Assembly: GCA_001949185.1 (NCBI GenBank)
Contig: BDGG01000011.1
Coordinates: 1,252,318 to 1,316,317 of the forward strand
Direction of reading: 5' to 3'
Length of the DNA stretch: 64,000 nt
Origin: Ramazzottius varieornatus
Taxonomy: Eukaryota; Animalia; Tardigrada
Part shown: one piece after another, positions 13,394 through 25,563 of the stretch
Position numbering within the stretch: position 1 is the first letter of the stretch
Layout: every line of letters starts with the position of its first letter
Notes under the pieces: model-generated
Database searches by the model: none
The model's input: only the letters and a program-made list of their open reading frames with translations
What the model was told of the DNA's origin: nothing
Made by a program: the position numbers and the translations under genes

Positions 13394-16143
13394 TCAGTGT
13401 ATCGTTGCGTTCCTCGAGGGAGTTGAATCTTTGTCTGCTAGTTCTGATCCGAATCCTTCTTGACTTCCTGAAAGTCTCTTTGTCCAGCTCGAGAAAATTT
13501 TGCGCCTTGAGGTACGGTGGCGATCGTATATCGCCACCCATTTATATGTAGCCATGCATTTATCCAGCAGAAGATGCTTTTCGCGTCTAAGGTACTCCCG
13601 CAGCCACAAGAACTTGTCATCGAAATGCAGGTGGATAAGGTGCGCCTCTATTTCGGGGTCAATCACTAGGCTTTCGAAGGTGGCTTTCCAAACTGCCTCA
13701 AAGAAGGAGGCACCATCCAGGCATAGATGCGACAGGTTGGGTAGCTCAGCGAAGACATTCTCCTCCACCACTCCAAACATTGAATCGTCCATTGCAATTG
13801 ATCGCAAAGAGGGGAAAGTACGGGGGAGGTCTTCAAGATAAAAAGAAACTTTTCGACAGCTGCGAAAGATCAACTGCCGGACGTCGCTAGAACACCAGCG
13901 TGACCACTGCCGCCAGTTGACTGTAGATACGTTGTTAATGGTCAGCTGCACGACAACCATGTCATCAACCTGCAAGGGTTCCTTCCATGAGCATGCATTC
14001 AAATTGAGCTTAACAGCTGGTCTGGGAAAGCCGTAGCCTTGGTACTGCTGTTCGATTTGTCGCCAGAATTCGGTCCAATCATCTGCCGATGCATCTCCAG
14101 CTATGGTCACTGCAAAGTAGGAATGGTCCTTCACACAGGCTGTTAGCGTACACGACTTGTAGACCAATGGGCAGCAGCAGCTGTAGGGAGCCAGCGTGTT
14201 GTGGCGTAAGGTTTGACTGCAATCTGCAAATATCAGGCCTTGCCCCAGCATACTAAAAAAATTGGGTCGCAGAAGGCGGGGATCCTTAGTTGGACGGACA
14301 TAGTTAGGCAGCCCGTACACAACGTACAGCTGTGGCGAAACGCTCATTTCGTTCTTATCAGCAACCAAGGCGTGGTTTTCCTGGAAAAAGGTTCGGAAAG
14401 AGGAGAAATCCTCTTTTGAGTCCATTGCATGGAGAGCCTTCACGTCTTCCGGGGAAAACTCTCGAGGCAAGCGATATTCGATATAATGGAAGCTTGCTGG
14501 CATTTCTGCAAGTGTGGAACTGCCCCACGGCTTCAGTTTGCTTCTATTCATCAGTATCTCACAAAGTGTGGGTGCTGCTGAGAAGAGAGCTTCGATATCT
14601 TCCCTGGTGATTACACAGCAATTGTCAGTCTGGACTGAAAATAAGTTGGAAAATGTTGTGTGCGGAAAAATGTTGTCGTGGTTCATCGAGTATTGCTTGA
14701 AATATGGCAAGGTGAAGAACCATCTGTCGTGGCACACCACGGTGACCAAGCCATCAGATCCGACTCTTTGAAATTTATGCGCTGTGTACAGCCACTCGCA
14801 ATCGTAGTCGATGCGTTTGGACTGAAGCATAATGATGTCGTCATACCAATTGTGCTCGGGTATGTTTAGCGAACTGCGATCTGACTTGTAAGGTCGATCA
14901 AGCTTCTGCTGGATATCAACAGGCTGCGCTGAACGAAAATGGGAAAGGGCCGAACTAAGCAGTTGATGGAACAAGGAAGAAATTTCCGAAGCGAAAGGAC
15001 GCTGTTGCTCATCGTAAATCAGACAGGTTTTCACTAGACGGCTGATCTCGTCGGATATTTCTGCCGGTACCTGAGGTGTCGCCCCCAACGCCACAAACTC
15101 TTCGTACTCTGAATTGGAGACAAACTTCGACTCAGTCCTGTGCACATCGCCGTACGCGAACCGCATCTCCGTTCTATTGATACCCAAACACATCTTCAGT
15201 ATGACATCCCGTGCTCCACGTGTCGGTCCTGCGTCAAACTACGAAACAAATAAGCCTTGAATTTATTTTATATGAGATGAGCCGCCGAGGATGAACCAGC
15301 TAGGCTTCTTCCGTAAAACTGATACCTTGGACGGCATCCCCCAGCCTGGACTTTTTGCACATTTCCGGCGATGTACACAGAAAGGTTCCGCGTAAAAACT
15401 GGACGTCATCATGCGCCGTCTTGTCTCGCTCCATAAGGACAGGATCGTCATAATCACCGATTTTGATGCTCATGTATCCCACACCTTGTCGGTAGTCACA
15501 GAAGAGCAAATTTTCTGGCTTTATATCGCAGTGAATAATGTTTTTAGCATCCCTAACTGTGTTCTTCAAGTGATGCAAGTAACACAGCCCGTCCGATATT
15601 TGTTTCGAATAGGCCAGAATCTGCACGACTGGCAATTGATCAGGCCACCTTTTCAAGTAAGCTTGTAAATCTCCTCCTATAATCAAGAAAACCACTAATG
15701 TCAGAAGCATGAACAAAACCCCGAATTGAGAGACCAAAATATCGGCCCAAATAATCTTCCCCAGGCACTACATAAAGGAGCATAGTCTCGATATTCTCAC
15801 CTGGACAGTATTCGCAGATCAAGTTCAGTTTGAGCTTTCCAGCTCCGCTTGACGTTTTGCCGTGGCCGTAAAACTTGGTGAGGTTGTCGTGATTCACAAG
15901 ACTAAGCTGCTGCAGGTAGTGTCCCAGTTTGACTTCGACGCTGGAGGTCTTCTTGAACATTGTTCTTGTCATGACTCCTGTCTCCTTCACCACGCAGAGC
16001 TCAGGTGCCTCGCGTCCTGCCACCATGGTGACATTGTCCGTTCTGCAAAGTTCCTCGATGATCCAGTAGTTGTACGTGTTTTCGTCATCGGAGTCAAAGG
16101 TTGCGTAGCTTCCGGAAGGCTTCTTCTGCTCATACCGTGACAT
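13394..16143 (-). pseudogene. Ser/Thr kinase-like domain plus long C-terminal region ending in LRR-like repeats; disrupted
   Basis: Exons about 16143-15801, 15676-15327 and 15238-13394. Motifs HDNLTKFYG, CEYCPGGDL, IIHCDIKPEN, KIGDYDD, SPEM, TDTWSTGC, CL...RP; C-terminal FPSLRSIAM/FAELPNLSHLCLD. In-frame TGA at 15234-15236 and a frameshift near 15205. Confidence 0.8.
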
Positions 16144-16208
16144 CTTCAGCTTTGAATGGAGTTTTGTAGCGCTAACTTGTCTTCAGTAAACTACAAAGCC
16201 TACTTACA

Positions 16209-16713
16209 CACCTGCAACTGGTACTCGATATACCGAGCAACAGTTTGCTGCAATGACGACCGACAGAGTCTGAAACTTCACGTATATGCGTAGCAATACC
16301 GAACTGTAATAATTCTGTTGTCACTCGTTAAACCAAACACCGTAAATCGTAATGCACCACCATCAACCAGCATTGAAGGTCAGTTCAAGGTATTAACGGC
16401 GCGTAGAAACTCGATAATATAGAACAATGGGAGCATCAATTCTTTTCACATGTGCTGAGGTGGAACAATGCGCAATAGAAGAATACTATCATCTGTGTTC
16501 TATATTATCGAGTTTCTACGCGCCGTTAATACCTTGAACTGACCTTCAATGCTGGTTGATGGTGGTGCATTACGATTTACGGTGTTTGGTTTAACGAGTG
16601 ACAACAGAATTATTACAGTTCGGTATTGCTACGCATATACGTGAAGTTTCAGACTCTGTCGGTCGTCATTGCAGCAAACTGTTGCTCGGTATATCGAGTA
16701 CCAGTTGCAGGTG
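16209..16713. repeat. Perfect 218-bp inverted repeat with 69-nt spacer, abutting the scaffold gap
   Basis: 16209-16426 is the reverse complement of 16496-16713. Confidence 0.9.
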
Positions 16714-16763
16714 NNNNNNNNNNNNNNNNNNNNNNNNNNNNNNNNNNNNNNNNNNNNNNNNNN
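16714..16763. other. Assembly gap (50 N)
   Basis: Run of N. Confidence 1.
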
Positions 16764-16849
16764 CTTACAGCCGCTTTACTGTTGCGCTGTACCCGTAAGA
16801 GACGTACTTTCAGGCGCCTGTCTTTCACGGCGCGAACACAGATGATAGC

Positions 16850-19176
16850 TCCATTGGCGACCGAGTCCATCAGCTCCTGTACGGTCACGGTGGCAAGAAG
16901 CTCAGTCGAGCGTCTCTGGCGAAACCCATACTGATGATGCGATAGCAGGGAATGTCCTTCGAGGCGCATTCGCAGTCTTCCGGCAATCACAGCTTCGAGG
17001 AATTTGGACAAAGGATGGAGGAGGGAGATTGATGCCAGTTTGCGCACTTGGTGCTATTGAGCGAGCCTTTTGGAATGGGCGTGACATACGAAGTCTTCCA
17101 GCAGCCTGGAAAAATACCCGAGAAAAGGCAGGTGTTAAACAGCATAATCAAGGGAGCCACAATCTCGGAACCGCAATGAGAGAGCAAGTCGAATGAAAAA
17201 GGAAATGGCCCGCATGCCTTTCCTGGTACCAGGACATGCTTGAGGGCGCTCAGTATATCCGTGTGGGTAATCGGATCGGGAAAATCACTTGGGCTGGTTG
17301 GCATTGGAGGGCCGACACAATGGGAACTGCACGGCTGTTGACAGGAGGCAAACCACTTGTCCAGTAGATTTGCTTTCACGGGGTCCTCAAACTCAAAACT
17401 GCCATTCCCATCGTTCCATAACGGCGGAACATTCTGAATGTCCGCCGTCGACTTGCTCAGCTTCCAGAACTTTTGAATATTTCGGGTGGATGCTACCGCT
17501 TGCATCAGGTGATACTGATTTTAGCTCGGCAGTTTGACTGCGTTTCTTCCACAAAGACTGCAGCTGAGCACCCCGCGTCCCCGCCGAACACGCCTTCCAC
17601 TTTTGGAAAGCGCGATCACGGCGACGCAATGTTCGAGTCACGAAGGTTGGGTACGGTACTTCACCGTAACGCCGCTTGACATGGGTCAGGCGGTGAAACT
17701 CCCTGCGATCGCGAGTACAGTCTCTTCCAGAACCTCTGCCTTTCCGTTGGCATCTTTCCCTGTAAACAGAACAAACCAGTCAGTCATTCTGCGTTCATCT
17801 CTGAACTGTGCGTTGGCCCGTTCGTCGAATTTCCAGCTCTGTTGCGTGATCAGCCGCGCCCTTCGTTTCCGAATCAACGCGCGGAAATGAATGACGCTGT
17901 AATCGCATTTTCCGGTCGGAGGAGATATTGCTGCGAGTGAATCGAAGGGCATTGCAACTGGAAGGAAACACAGATCAAGGATATTGTTTTTGCGAGTTGG
18001 AAAATTTACTATCTGTTTGAAAGAAAACGTCGAGGAGAACATCGCCGTGGCTTGACCGAGCACTCCAAGCGGACCAGTCAATACCGGGGATATTGAACTC
18101 CCCGAGAATGACCAGTCGTCGGATGATGTCATGAGGGAGGGTCCGAAGGTGCTCCATTAATTCTCGGGTGAACTCGCGCACGGTCGAAGGTGGGCTGTAA
18201 AACACACGAATCACGATATTGAGAATATTAATCTTGATGTTCAAGTGCGGCTCGGCGATATCCTTTAGACCCTTCTTCACGACGGGCGCCACTCCACCGC
18301 CGTTACGATATCGAGGCCTACGAAACACGTCAAAAGCATTCAAATTTGCGAATAGGTTATCCACAAATTCTGGGCAGTCGCGGGTCTCCACCAGACCGAT
18401 GATATCCGCAATGGAACAAAAAGCCTTAACAGCAACAGACTTATTAAAGATACTCACGATATTCGAAAAACGGAAGTTAGTATATTCAGATACTTTAACC
18501 GCTTTTACATCACCAGAGGCAATCGCCGATGGTGGTGCAACTGCCACTACTGCGGGTTATTTGGAAAGTTCCCCGCATTCTTCGCGTTGTAGTTCCATAC
18601 GCGAACTACGACATTGCGGGGCCAGAGTCTTTCGTTCATCATCTTGCCTTCGTCCGCTTGAAAACAACCGATCCTTGCGGCGGTTGATCCACGCTTATCA
18701 CCTTCGTGATGGATAAAGACCTTGACGAAGTGTACTCGGACACCCTTGCTGGCTACTTGCTCCATGATCGACTCTTCATATTTCTACATGTTTGGCACTT
18801 CTCGATCTCCTTCCATTGTCTTGAATTCCGTGTCCTCCACATTTGGAATGCCCTTCAGGAGAAAATCTTTATGTGGTGGACGGTTCAGCTTCAGGAGGTT
18901 GAACAAGCCGTCGTTGTTCGGATCGTTGTTTTGTGCGGAGGGTTGCTGTTTCCCCCATACGACCGGCTGGTGACGTTGCTTGCCGGTCACAACGGTGTAC
19001 GGTAGATCGTCAGACTGTACTTGCCTGCTGGTGACGTCATCACCAGGACTGCTGTGTTCTCTTTCTTCCGATCCCGATGCTTGTGTGGGCTGAGCCTGTG
19101 CTGGTCCTGACACCTGTCCATCGCCCTGCAGAAATAAATAAGAAGGTTTACTGTGATACGAAACGGTACGGTACAT
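16850..19176 (-). mobile_element. Defective CR1/L2-like non-LTR retrotransposon: ORF1-like region, APE endonuclease and N-terminal half of RT
   Basis: ORF1-like frame 19176-18547 has one internal stop and ends LWPRNVVVRVW. APE motifs IIGLVET, GGGVA, FYSPP, LGEFNIPGIDW, PTRKNNILDL. RT motifs KACGP, FPGCWKTSYVTPIPK, PISLL..SKFLE, QYGFRQRRST. Several frameshifts. Confidence 0.9.
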
Positions 19177-21293
19177 TCGAGCTGTGTGCGTGAAGTTGAC
19201 CCATCAGCTTGCAGTAGCCGGGTTGGGTGGAAGGAGGATGCGAGACGTCGTCCGTTGTAGCAAAAGCTTTGAGTACTCGGAATACCTAATTTCCTGTGAT
19301 ACAAAGTCCTTATTATGTTTTGGGATGTGATTTAGGTAGATACTAACGAATGACTGAAAATTGTGACAGCTGTTTAGTGGGAGTGAACTTCTGAGCTTGA
19401 CGTCACGGCCTGATCATATCAAATCTCATTCTATTAAGACATCCCAAGTTTCTGTTATTAGTCCAACGTGGGTGCCACTAGCCGATGATACAATGTATAA
19501 GTAAAAGCCACTGGACAGTGTTTCTGCAAAATTGTCTGCAATTTTTTCGTTTTCGATCAAATTTCGTCCCAGGCGGCAAGTTCCCTTCTCCTCCAGGCTC
19601 GTAGTCGGTTCACAATCTCGAAAACAAATGCAGCCTGAGTGCAAATATTTTTGCGTCTCGCGAAAGTTTCAGATTTGTGAAAAGATTTGCCCAGCGGTCA
19701 AGAAAACATCATGAAGATCGGTACTTTCGAGTTGGTACGTGACGGACCTTACATCCCATTTCCGAAACTTTGTCTGATCGACAAGGTGCTGATTAGTTTT
19801 ATTTGCAACCGCCCTTCGGTTTCAGCTAGTTGAAAAGTGACTTTCCCACCCTATTCTGAAAGCGGGAAATCACGTCGGTTCGAGGGTTGAAGTATATTCC
19901 AGATGTGAATCTGATATTCATACGACAAGACTGACTGATACAAAGGAACACATGTGCGGTATCTGTTCTAGGACAGTTCCCGCTAATTTCGAATACTCAT
20001 CCCGAACCGAGCACAGGCGTTTGCGGTGTCCCCCGCTCCTAGGACTTGCACGAATCAGAGGCGGTTCAGAATTATTACACCAAAAATATGATCCGCTTCA
20101 AAGTCGCTAAAGCAAACTCTGATACAGCGTGAACCGAGGCAGTACTCTATTACCGTGTACTGATCTTGTCACAGCACATGATGTAAAAACGTAATGAATT
20201 TATCACAATGACCTAGGTAACTCATTGTCCCGTACCACACTGCGGAATCAGAGTCTATTTTATTTTGCCATCATGCTGAGATAAAGAGGTACGCTATCAC
20301 ACAAATTAAGCTGCCACGGCAGGATGGAAGTCCGACTGTATTGATACCTGAGCTGAGCTGCAACGTCGCACATAAGCGCTGTATATACGATAATCCATAC
20401 ATCGTTCTTTTGTGATTTGGCATCATGAGAATTTGGCTTAGATGCTGCTGTCGTTGCTTACATGGATGCCGCTAGCCATGGATGCCGAGGCGGCATCCTT
20501 GGTTGCTTGTGACATTTGTATTATTCGGTTATACTGTCGGGACAACTCGGACCCCCAGCGTGATTTGACCGCTTTCGATGACCGATGGTCAATTTGAAAA
20601 GAGCACAAGTGACTTGTCGATGTTATGAAGCTAAAAGAAGCTGGTGGTCAGAAAGGGGTATGGCAACAATAGCATCCTCACTTTGGCCAGCATAGAGCAT
20701 ACAGGAGAACAAGTCTCGTAGTACAAGGCCTTAAACGAACAAACACTTCAACGATGAAATCGAGGTTGACAAACTGTGCAAGATCGTTCGCCCGAATAGC
20801 GCACGCTCCGAGGCAGTAACATCCAAAGCCTGCGTCACTTGTGAAAACAGTCTTTCCAACTGGCGCACGCTCCCGTCCAGTAACACTGACAGCGTGCGCC
20901 ACTTGTGGACAGAATCTTCTCGAGTCTGTTTGCCGCACTCTCGGCCCAAGTCCGAACTATGGTCTGGAGATGATCCTCTTCTACCTCTACGCTATTATAA
21001 CCCGAGAAAGATTCCTACGAGGTCGTTTGGGTGCCGCTCTCCCGCCACGTGAAAGTGTTACAGAGATACCTGAACAACCAAAATGTAGCGTAATCATTGT
21101 TCTATCGCCTCTTTCGAACGAGATCTCTAGTAGAAGAATGTTTCATCAAAACTTTTGATATGGACTTTGCACCCTAGCTCCCGAAAGAAATTAGATAGTA
21201 TTTCACTCATCTTGCTTATTTATGGACGTTACACTGCACGGTTGGGCTTGTTTGAAAGACCAATGTTTGCGCCACCTAACAACAGTCGGAGTA

Positions 21294-21901
21294 CGAGGAG
21301 AGAGGCCCAACTTTTCTAACGAGCTTACTTTGCTGAGCCAAATCCTGAAGGTAGCGCTGCCCACTGCGAATTCAGACTACAACCAGCTGGCGGCTGAGCA
21401 GAAGTTAGCAAAGTTTTAGCCAGTTAGCATTCACAGTTCAGTTTAGGCCTTGATTCAGTGATCGGCAAGTCCATCGAGAGATTCAGATAAATCTGTCAAA
21501 CCAATGCGTTTTGGCTTGGATTTTAGCAAAGTTGTAGCCGTTCCGATTTTGGATGGAACGGCAGTGTTGCGTCATCATTAACCCTAGGAACAGTTTCAGA
21601 AATGTGTGATTCTGCTCGGTTCGAGACATATATGGTTTATCTGGCTTGGCTTGTCCTGCCCACTGCAGAGAAAGTGCTCCCTAATATCGGATGCCATCTT
21701 CGAATGGCTTCGATTCTGGAATTTCACTCGTCACGATCTTCCAATGTTCCCCATTTCTGTCTGGAGCAGAATGAAGCAAGGTTGTGGGAGATACTTGTGA
21801 ATTAATTTGGAATTTCAAGACCTGATTGTTTTTGAGAAGTTCGTTAGTTAGAAAAGTAGTAACCAGTTTGACAAGTTGGAAAAGTTAGGCCTTGCTCCTC
21901 G
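21294..21901. mobile_element. Non-autonomous Tc1/mariner-type element (about 608 bp)
   Basis: TA|CGAGGAGAGAGGCCCAACTTTTCTAAC at left; GTTGGAAAAGTTAGGCCTTGCTCCTCG|TA at right. Confidence 0.7.
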
Positions 21902-22491
21902 TACGGAAATCGGATAGGTAGATCGGGAGATAATTGAAGAGAAAATATTTTGTCCATAAGAAACATTACAAAAAGGGATGTAGAACCCATATGAAGAAAG
22001 TTTTGCTAGAGACGTCGTTTGACGGATTCGATATAAAAATTATTATCCTACATTTTTGCTACTCAGGCATCTCCGTGATACTGTCACGTGACGGGAATGC
22101 AGCACCCAAAAATAGTCTCCATTTTCTTGTTCAAACCACCCGTTCTTACCGGTTGATTGATCGAAGTCCCGACTCGGTGATCACGTGATCAAAAAGGATT
22201 CGGTGTACTCTAGACGGTGACCTTTTAGTGTTCAAAATCGGACAGCGGTGTCAGAACATATAGGTGAAAGAAGGAAGACCATGGGGTAGCCATGTCCATG
22301 AGCCTGACTGTACGTAAGAAAAACACGACTAGGTCAGGGGTGGAAAACTGGACTGATATTTGCCTACTGTTACATTCCTCATTGCTGCAAGGACATTGCG
22401 GATAAACACTAAGGCGTGCGTCGCTGGCTGCAGAAGTTTGAAAGAGAGGAGAAAAAGAGCAGTAACCGTAACGAGAAAAAAACAACGGCCA

Positions 22492-25400
22492 TCAAAGGGA
22501 ATTTCGATGAGCGTTATTTGATAATGTCTGATTCTCCGATGCGATGTCTTCAAGTGAAGCTAATCGGAACTTTTCCGTCCTAACCCCCGGATGGCCGCCA
22601 AGCGAATGGCGTACTTTTCGTAGGCGAGATTTGGCGGGCTCGTCAGAAGTCTTCCGGGATGCCGAAAACAGTACGCTGACATGGCTGGTTAGTGACAACC
22701 AGTCAAAGTCCGTGCACGTTCCAAGATACTTCTCGCCCTCTACGCCTCTTTCCTTATCCGGAATGCTTTGGTTTCCACATTGCGAGAAAGTTCGTCCGTC
22801 GGTCTTCGATGGCCGCCACACACGCTTAATATGACGGCGAAAGGAATCCTTCAAGGCTGTTCGATAGGTGGACGACATGAGAACGTACACGTAAAAGTTT
22901 CCTGCGTAGTTCACCAATGCTAGCGTCGTGACAAGTGGCTCCCAATCTTCGTAGTCTGTTAGCAAATTGTGGCAATATGGCGCGTTGGAAAAGTGATCGA
23001 CCGTGTTCAGTACAACACTTGGCGCTTGGGTAAGGGAGTAAAGCAGGACGCATGCTACCAACATCCGACATGGTTTTCTCCGCTTGGTCTCACCCACAGA
23101 GATCCTTGAGCCCTGTCCTGTGTCTTTTGTTTTTGGCTTTCTTTGCATGTCAATGAATCGACCATATTCTTCCCGTAGCGAACTGCTAGATTTCAACTGG
23201 GACCTCAGGTAAACCAGTAGACAGACGTTGGACGCGAGTAGGCAGATCACGACGACCACGGGAAACGCAATCTACGAAAAAACATCGGCATTAGCGATGG
23301 CCAAAGTCCATTAGCTGTGCTCGTCCAGTAAGGAAGAACATTACATTGTTGAGGTCTCGTTCTGACACCCCTATAACACTTTGATAAATCTCTGCCACAA
23401 CAAACGCTGAAAAAGAATTTGATAGAGAGTCAGAGAGGAAGTTTGTGGGAATTCGGCTTTCGTGCCCCGATTCGACCTTTCAAGGCACTCCACACTGGAA
23501 ATGACATATAAGTAGCAGATAGAGCGCTCGATTTTCTATAGAACTCCACCAGCCAAAAGTATCCCCAAGGTCGTCAACGGGAGCAGATGTGGATAGAAAC
23601 AGAGGACCTTCACAACCTGACCAGTGGCCGCTTGCCTATTCTTTTTGCTCTTTCTGCTCGCACTCAGAGCCCGCTCGCTCAATGTGTCGTTTCTTAGTGG
23701 GGGAGAAAGATTCTGGCAGAGCATTTTCCTTCGCTCTCCTCTTACCACTACATGCCTTGTGACCACTAACCAAGCCAGGAATGCTTGCACAGCAGTAACG
23801 CGTTGGACTGGCTCCTCCCTAGGACTGATGTGATGTAGTGCGCATTAGTTAGGACGCGAAAAATGTTCGAAGCTTCTCTAGCGGTCATGATTTTATGGAG
23901 TGTCAGATTGAGGCCTCGAACTCATTTTCTCCCTTTCATCCCGTACGTGCGGCCACTATTAAGTAACGCTTAATAATGCACTGTGCTATGGTTCATCAAT
24001 AACTGGATTTCGGCCGCCCAATTTGGGGAACATTATTTTTGCTACCAAATGACCCTTTCTTGACATGAAGTCTGAGAGAATATTCAGGGCATCGGATGGT
24101 AGCTTTTCCGTACCTCACCGTGGCTCAAAGTCTCAAAAAACTGTTCGCCCTTTTTGAATGATATTGCAGGAAACTTCAGGGGCGATTAACCACCAAAACA
24201 CCCCAGCTTGGGGGTTTGGTGTCAAAACGATTGTATGTGTAGTCTTACGCTGTGTGACGTCATTCTGATGACAGATTTTTCGGACAAAAATTCGAACCCC
24301 TTTGAATCCTCTTGACGTGGCCGTTTGACCACTGGTCAGAAATTAGAACTGACTTCAGATTCGTGTTCCTCGACATCTGTTTCGTGCTATCTCACCGGCA
24401 GTTACAAAAAGCCCCTGTGGTGCCAAAACTTCAAAACCGATTCCTGAACAATCGTGTAATTAGTCAATGTTCCCCAAATCGGGCCGCCGAAACCCAACTA
24501 TAGCTGTTGCAGCCGTGGAAATCAAGGCCCATAGAGAGCATAGTTTATTTCCAACAATCGATGTGACACTCACGTTCAGTTCCTGCTGATGACGCACCCA
24601 GGAAGCGATCCCTGTAAAAGGAGGCGTACACGGTTAAGTTCTAGCTGAAACCTCGGTGAATGCTCATGTTCGCCGAATTAAAGCTGGCACAAATTAATTA
24701 ACAAATAATACTAGATGACGCCTGTAAAAGTCTGAATGGACATATTGCCAAATGCTTACATTGTGGTTGAACGTAATGGTCGACATGCTTGCAGCCGTCC
24801 CATGAGTCGTAATACCACACAAGTATCCCACTGTTCATGAGCGCAGACATGATAAAAAATACGATAATCAAGAGCAGTGTGCTCTTCCATCGAGCTCTTG
24901 ATTGTTTCCTCCATTGACGAAAGCGGAACGTCGCAAGCCTCTCTATAGAGAACGCCATCAGTATCCTGTAAAGATGTAAACAGTCTGTCAATAGGGGCGG
25001 AAGGTTGTTGATGAGCAGCAACGGACGTCCAAGTCCATGAACTTAGACTATGTTCATGAATCTACATGATTGATTACCAGTCAGTCACATAGGCAAAAGT
25101 GTAGTGCAGCCATGTGAAGAGACCGAAAGATCTCAGTAGCGCGCTTTGTCGGTTAGGATCAATCCCGAAAACGTCGCTGTAGTCGGTCAAGTAACGAGGC
25201 AATATTGACCACCTAGAAAAGTCGAGAGGCTCACACGATCAGATGTGGACACCGAATGGCATGAGCTTACATGACCACCGTGTCGGAAACGGCGAGCGCC
25301 AGAAGGAAAACTCGTTTGGCACCGCTGCGGCAGTACCGGAACAGCACAATAATGTTCAAGCCATTTCCCACTGTGCTCAAGCAGATCAACAATGGAATAG

Positions 25401-25563
25401 CAACAACAGGAAAAAACTCAACCAGCGTTCCAGTGGTTCCATCCGTGTGATGGTGGGAATGATTGTGGGATTTTGTCCGAGAGCAGTCGTCCACCAGGAT
25501 TTCCCAGTCTTTCAGCTTCGGTCCCGACAGTCCGCCGAATGCAACTCCGCGACTCATGATCAT
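22492..25563 (-). CDS. Rhodopsin-class GPCR, FMRFamide/neuropeptide-receptor-like, at least 5 exons
   Basis: TM1 ...STVGNGLNIIVL, TM2 FLLALAVSD, TM3 DWILMAFSIERL, micro-exon WIASWVRHQQELN (24574-24611), TM5 IAFPVVVVICLLASNV, TM6 LLYSLTQAP, TM7 VNYAGNFYVYVLMSSTYR. Confidence 0.9.
23981..24544. mobile_element. MITE-like element in the long GPCR intron
   Basis: CGGCCGCCCAATTTGGGGAACATT (from 24011) is inverted relative to AATGTTCCCCAAATCGGGCCGCCG (to 24489); weaker pairing extends outward, so the ends are approximate. Confidence 0.5.

Noticed and set aside
20100-21158. Several medium ORFs with Cys pairs
   Set aside because: No coherent motif or splice model
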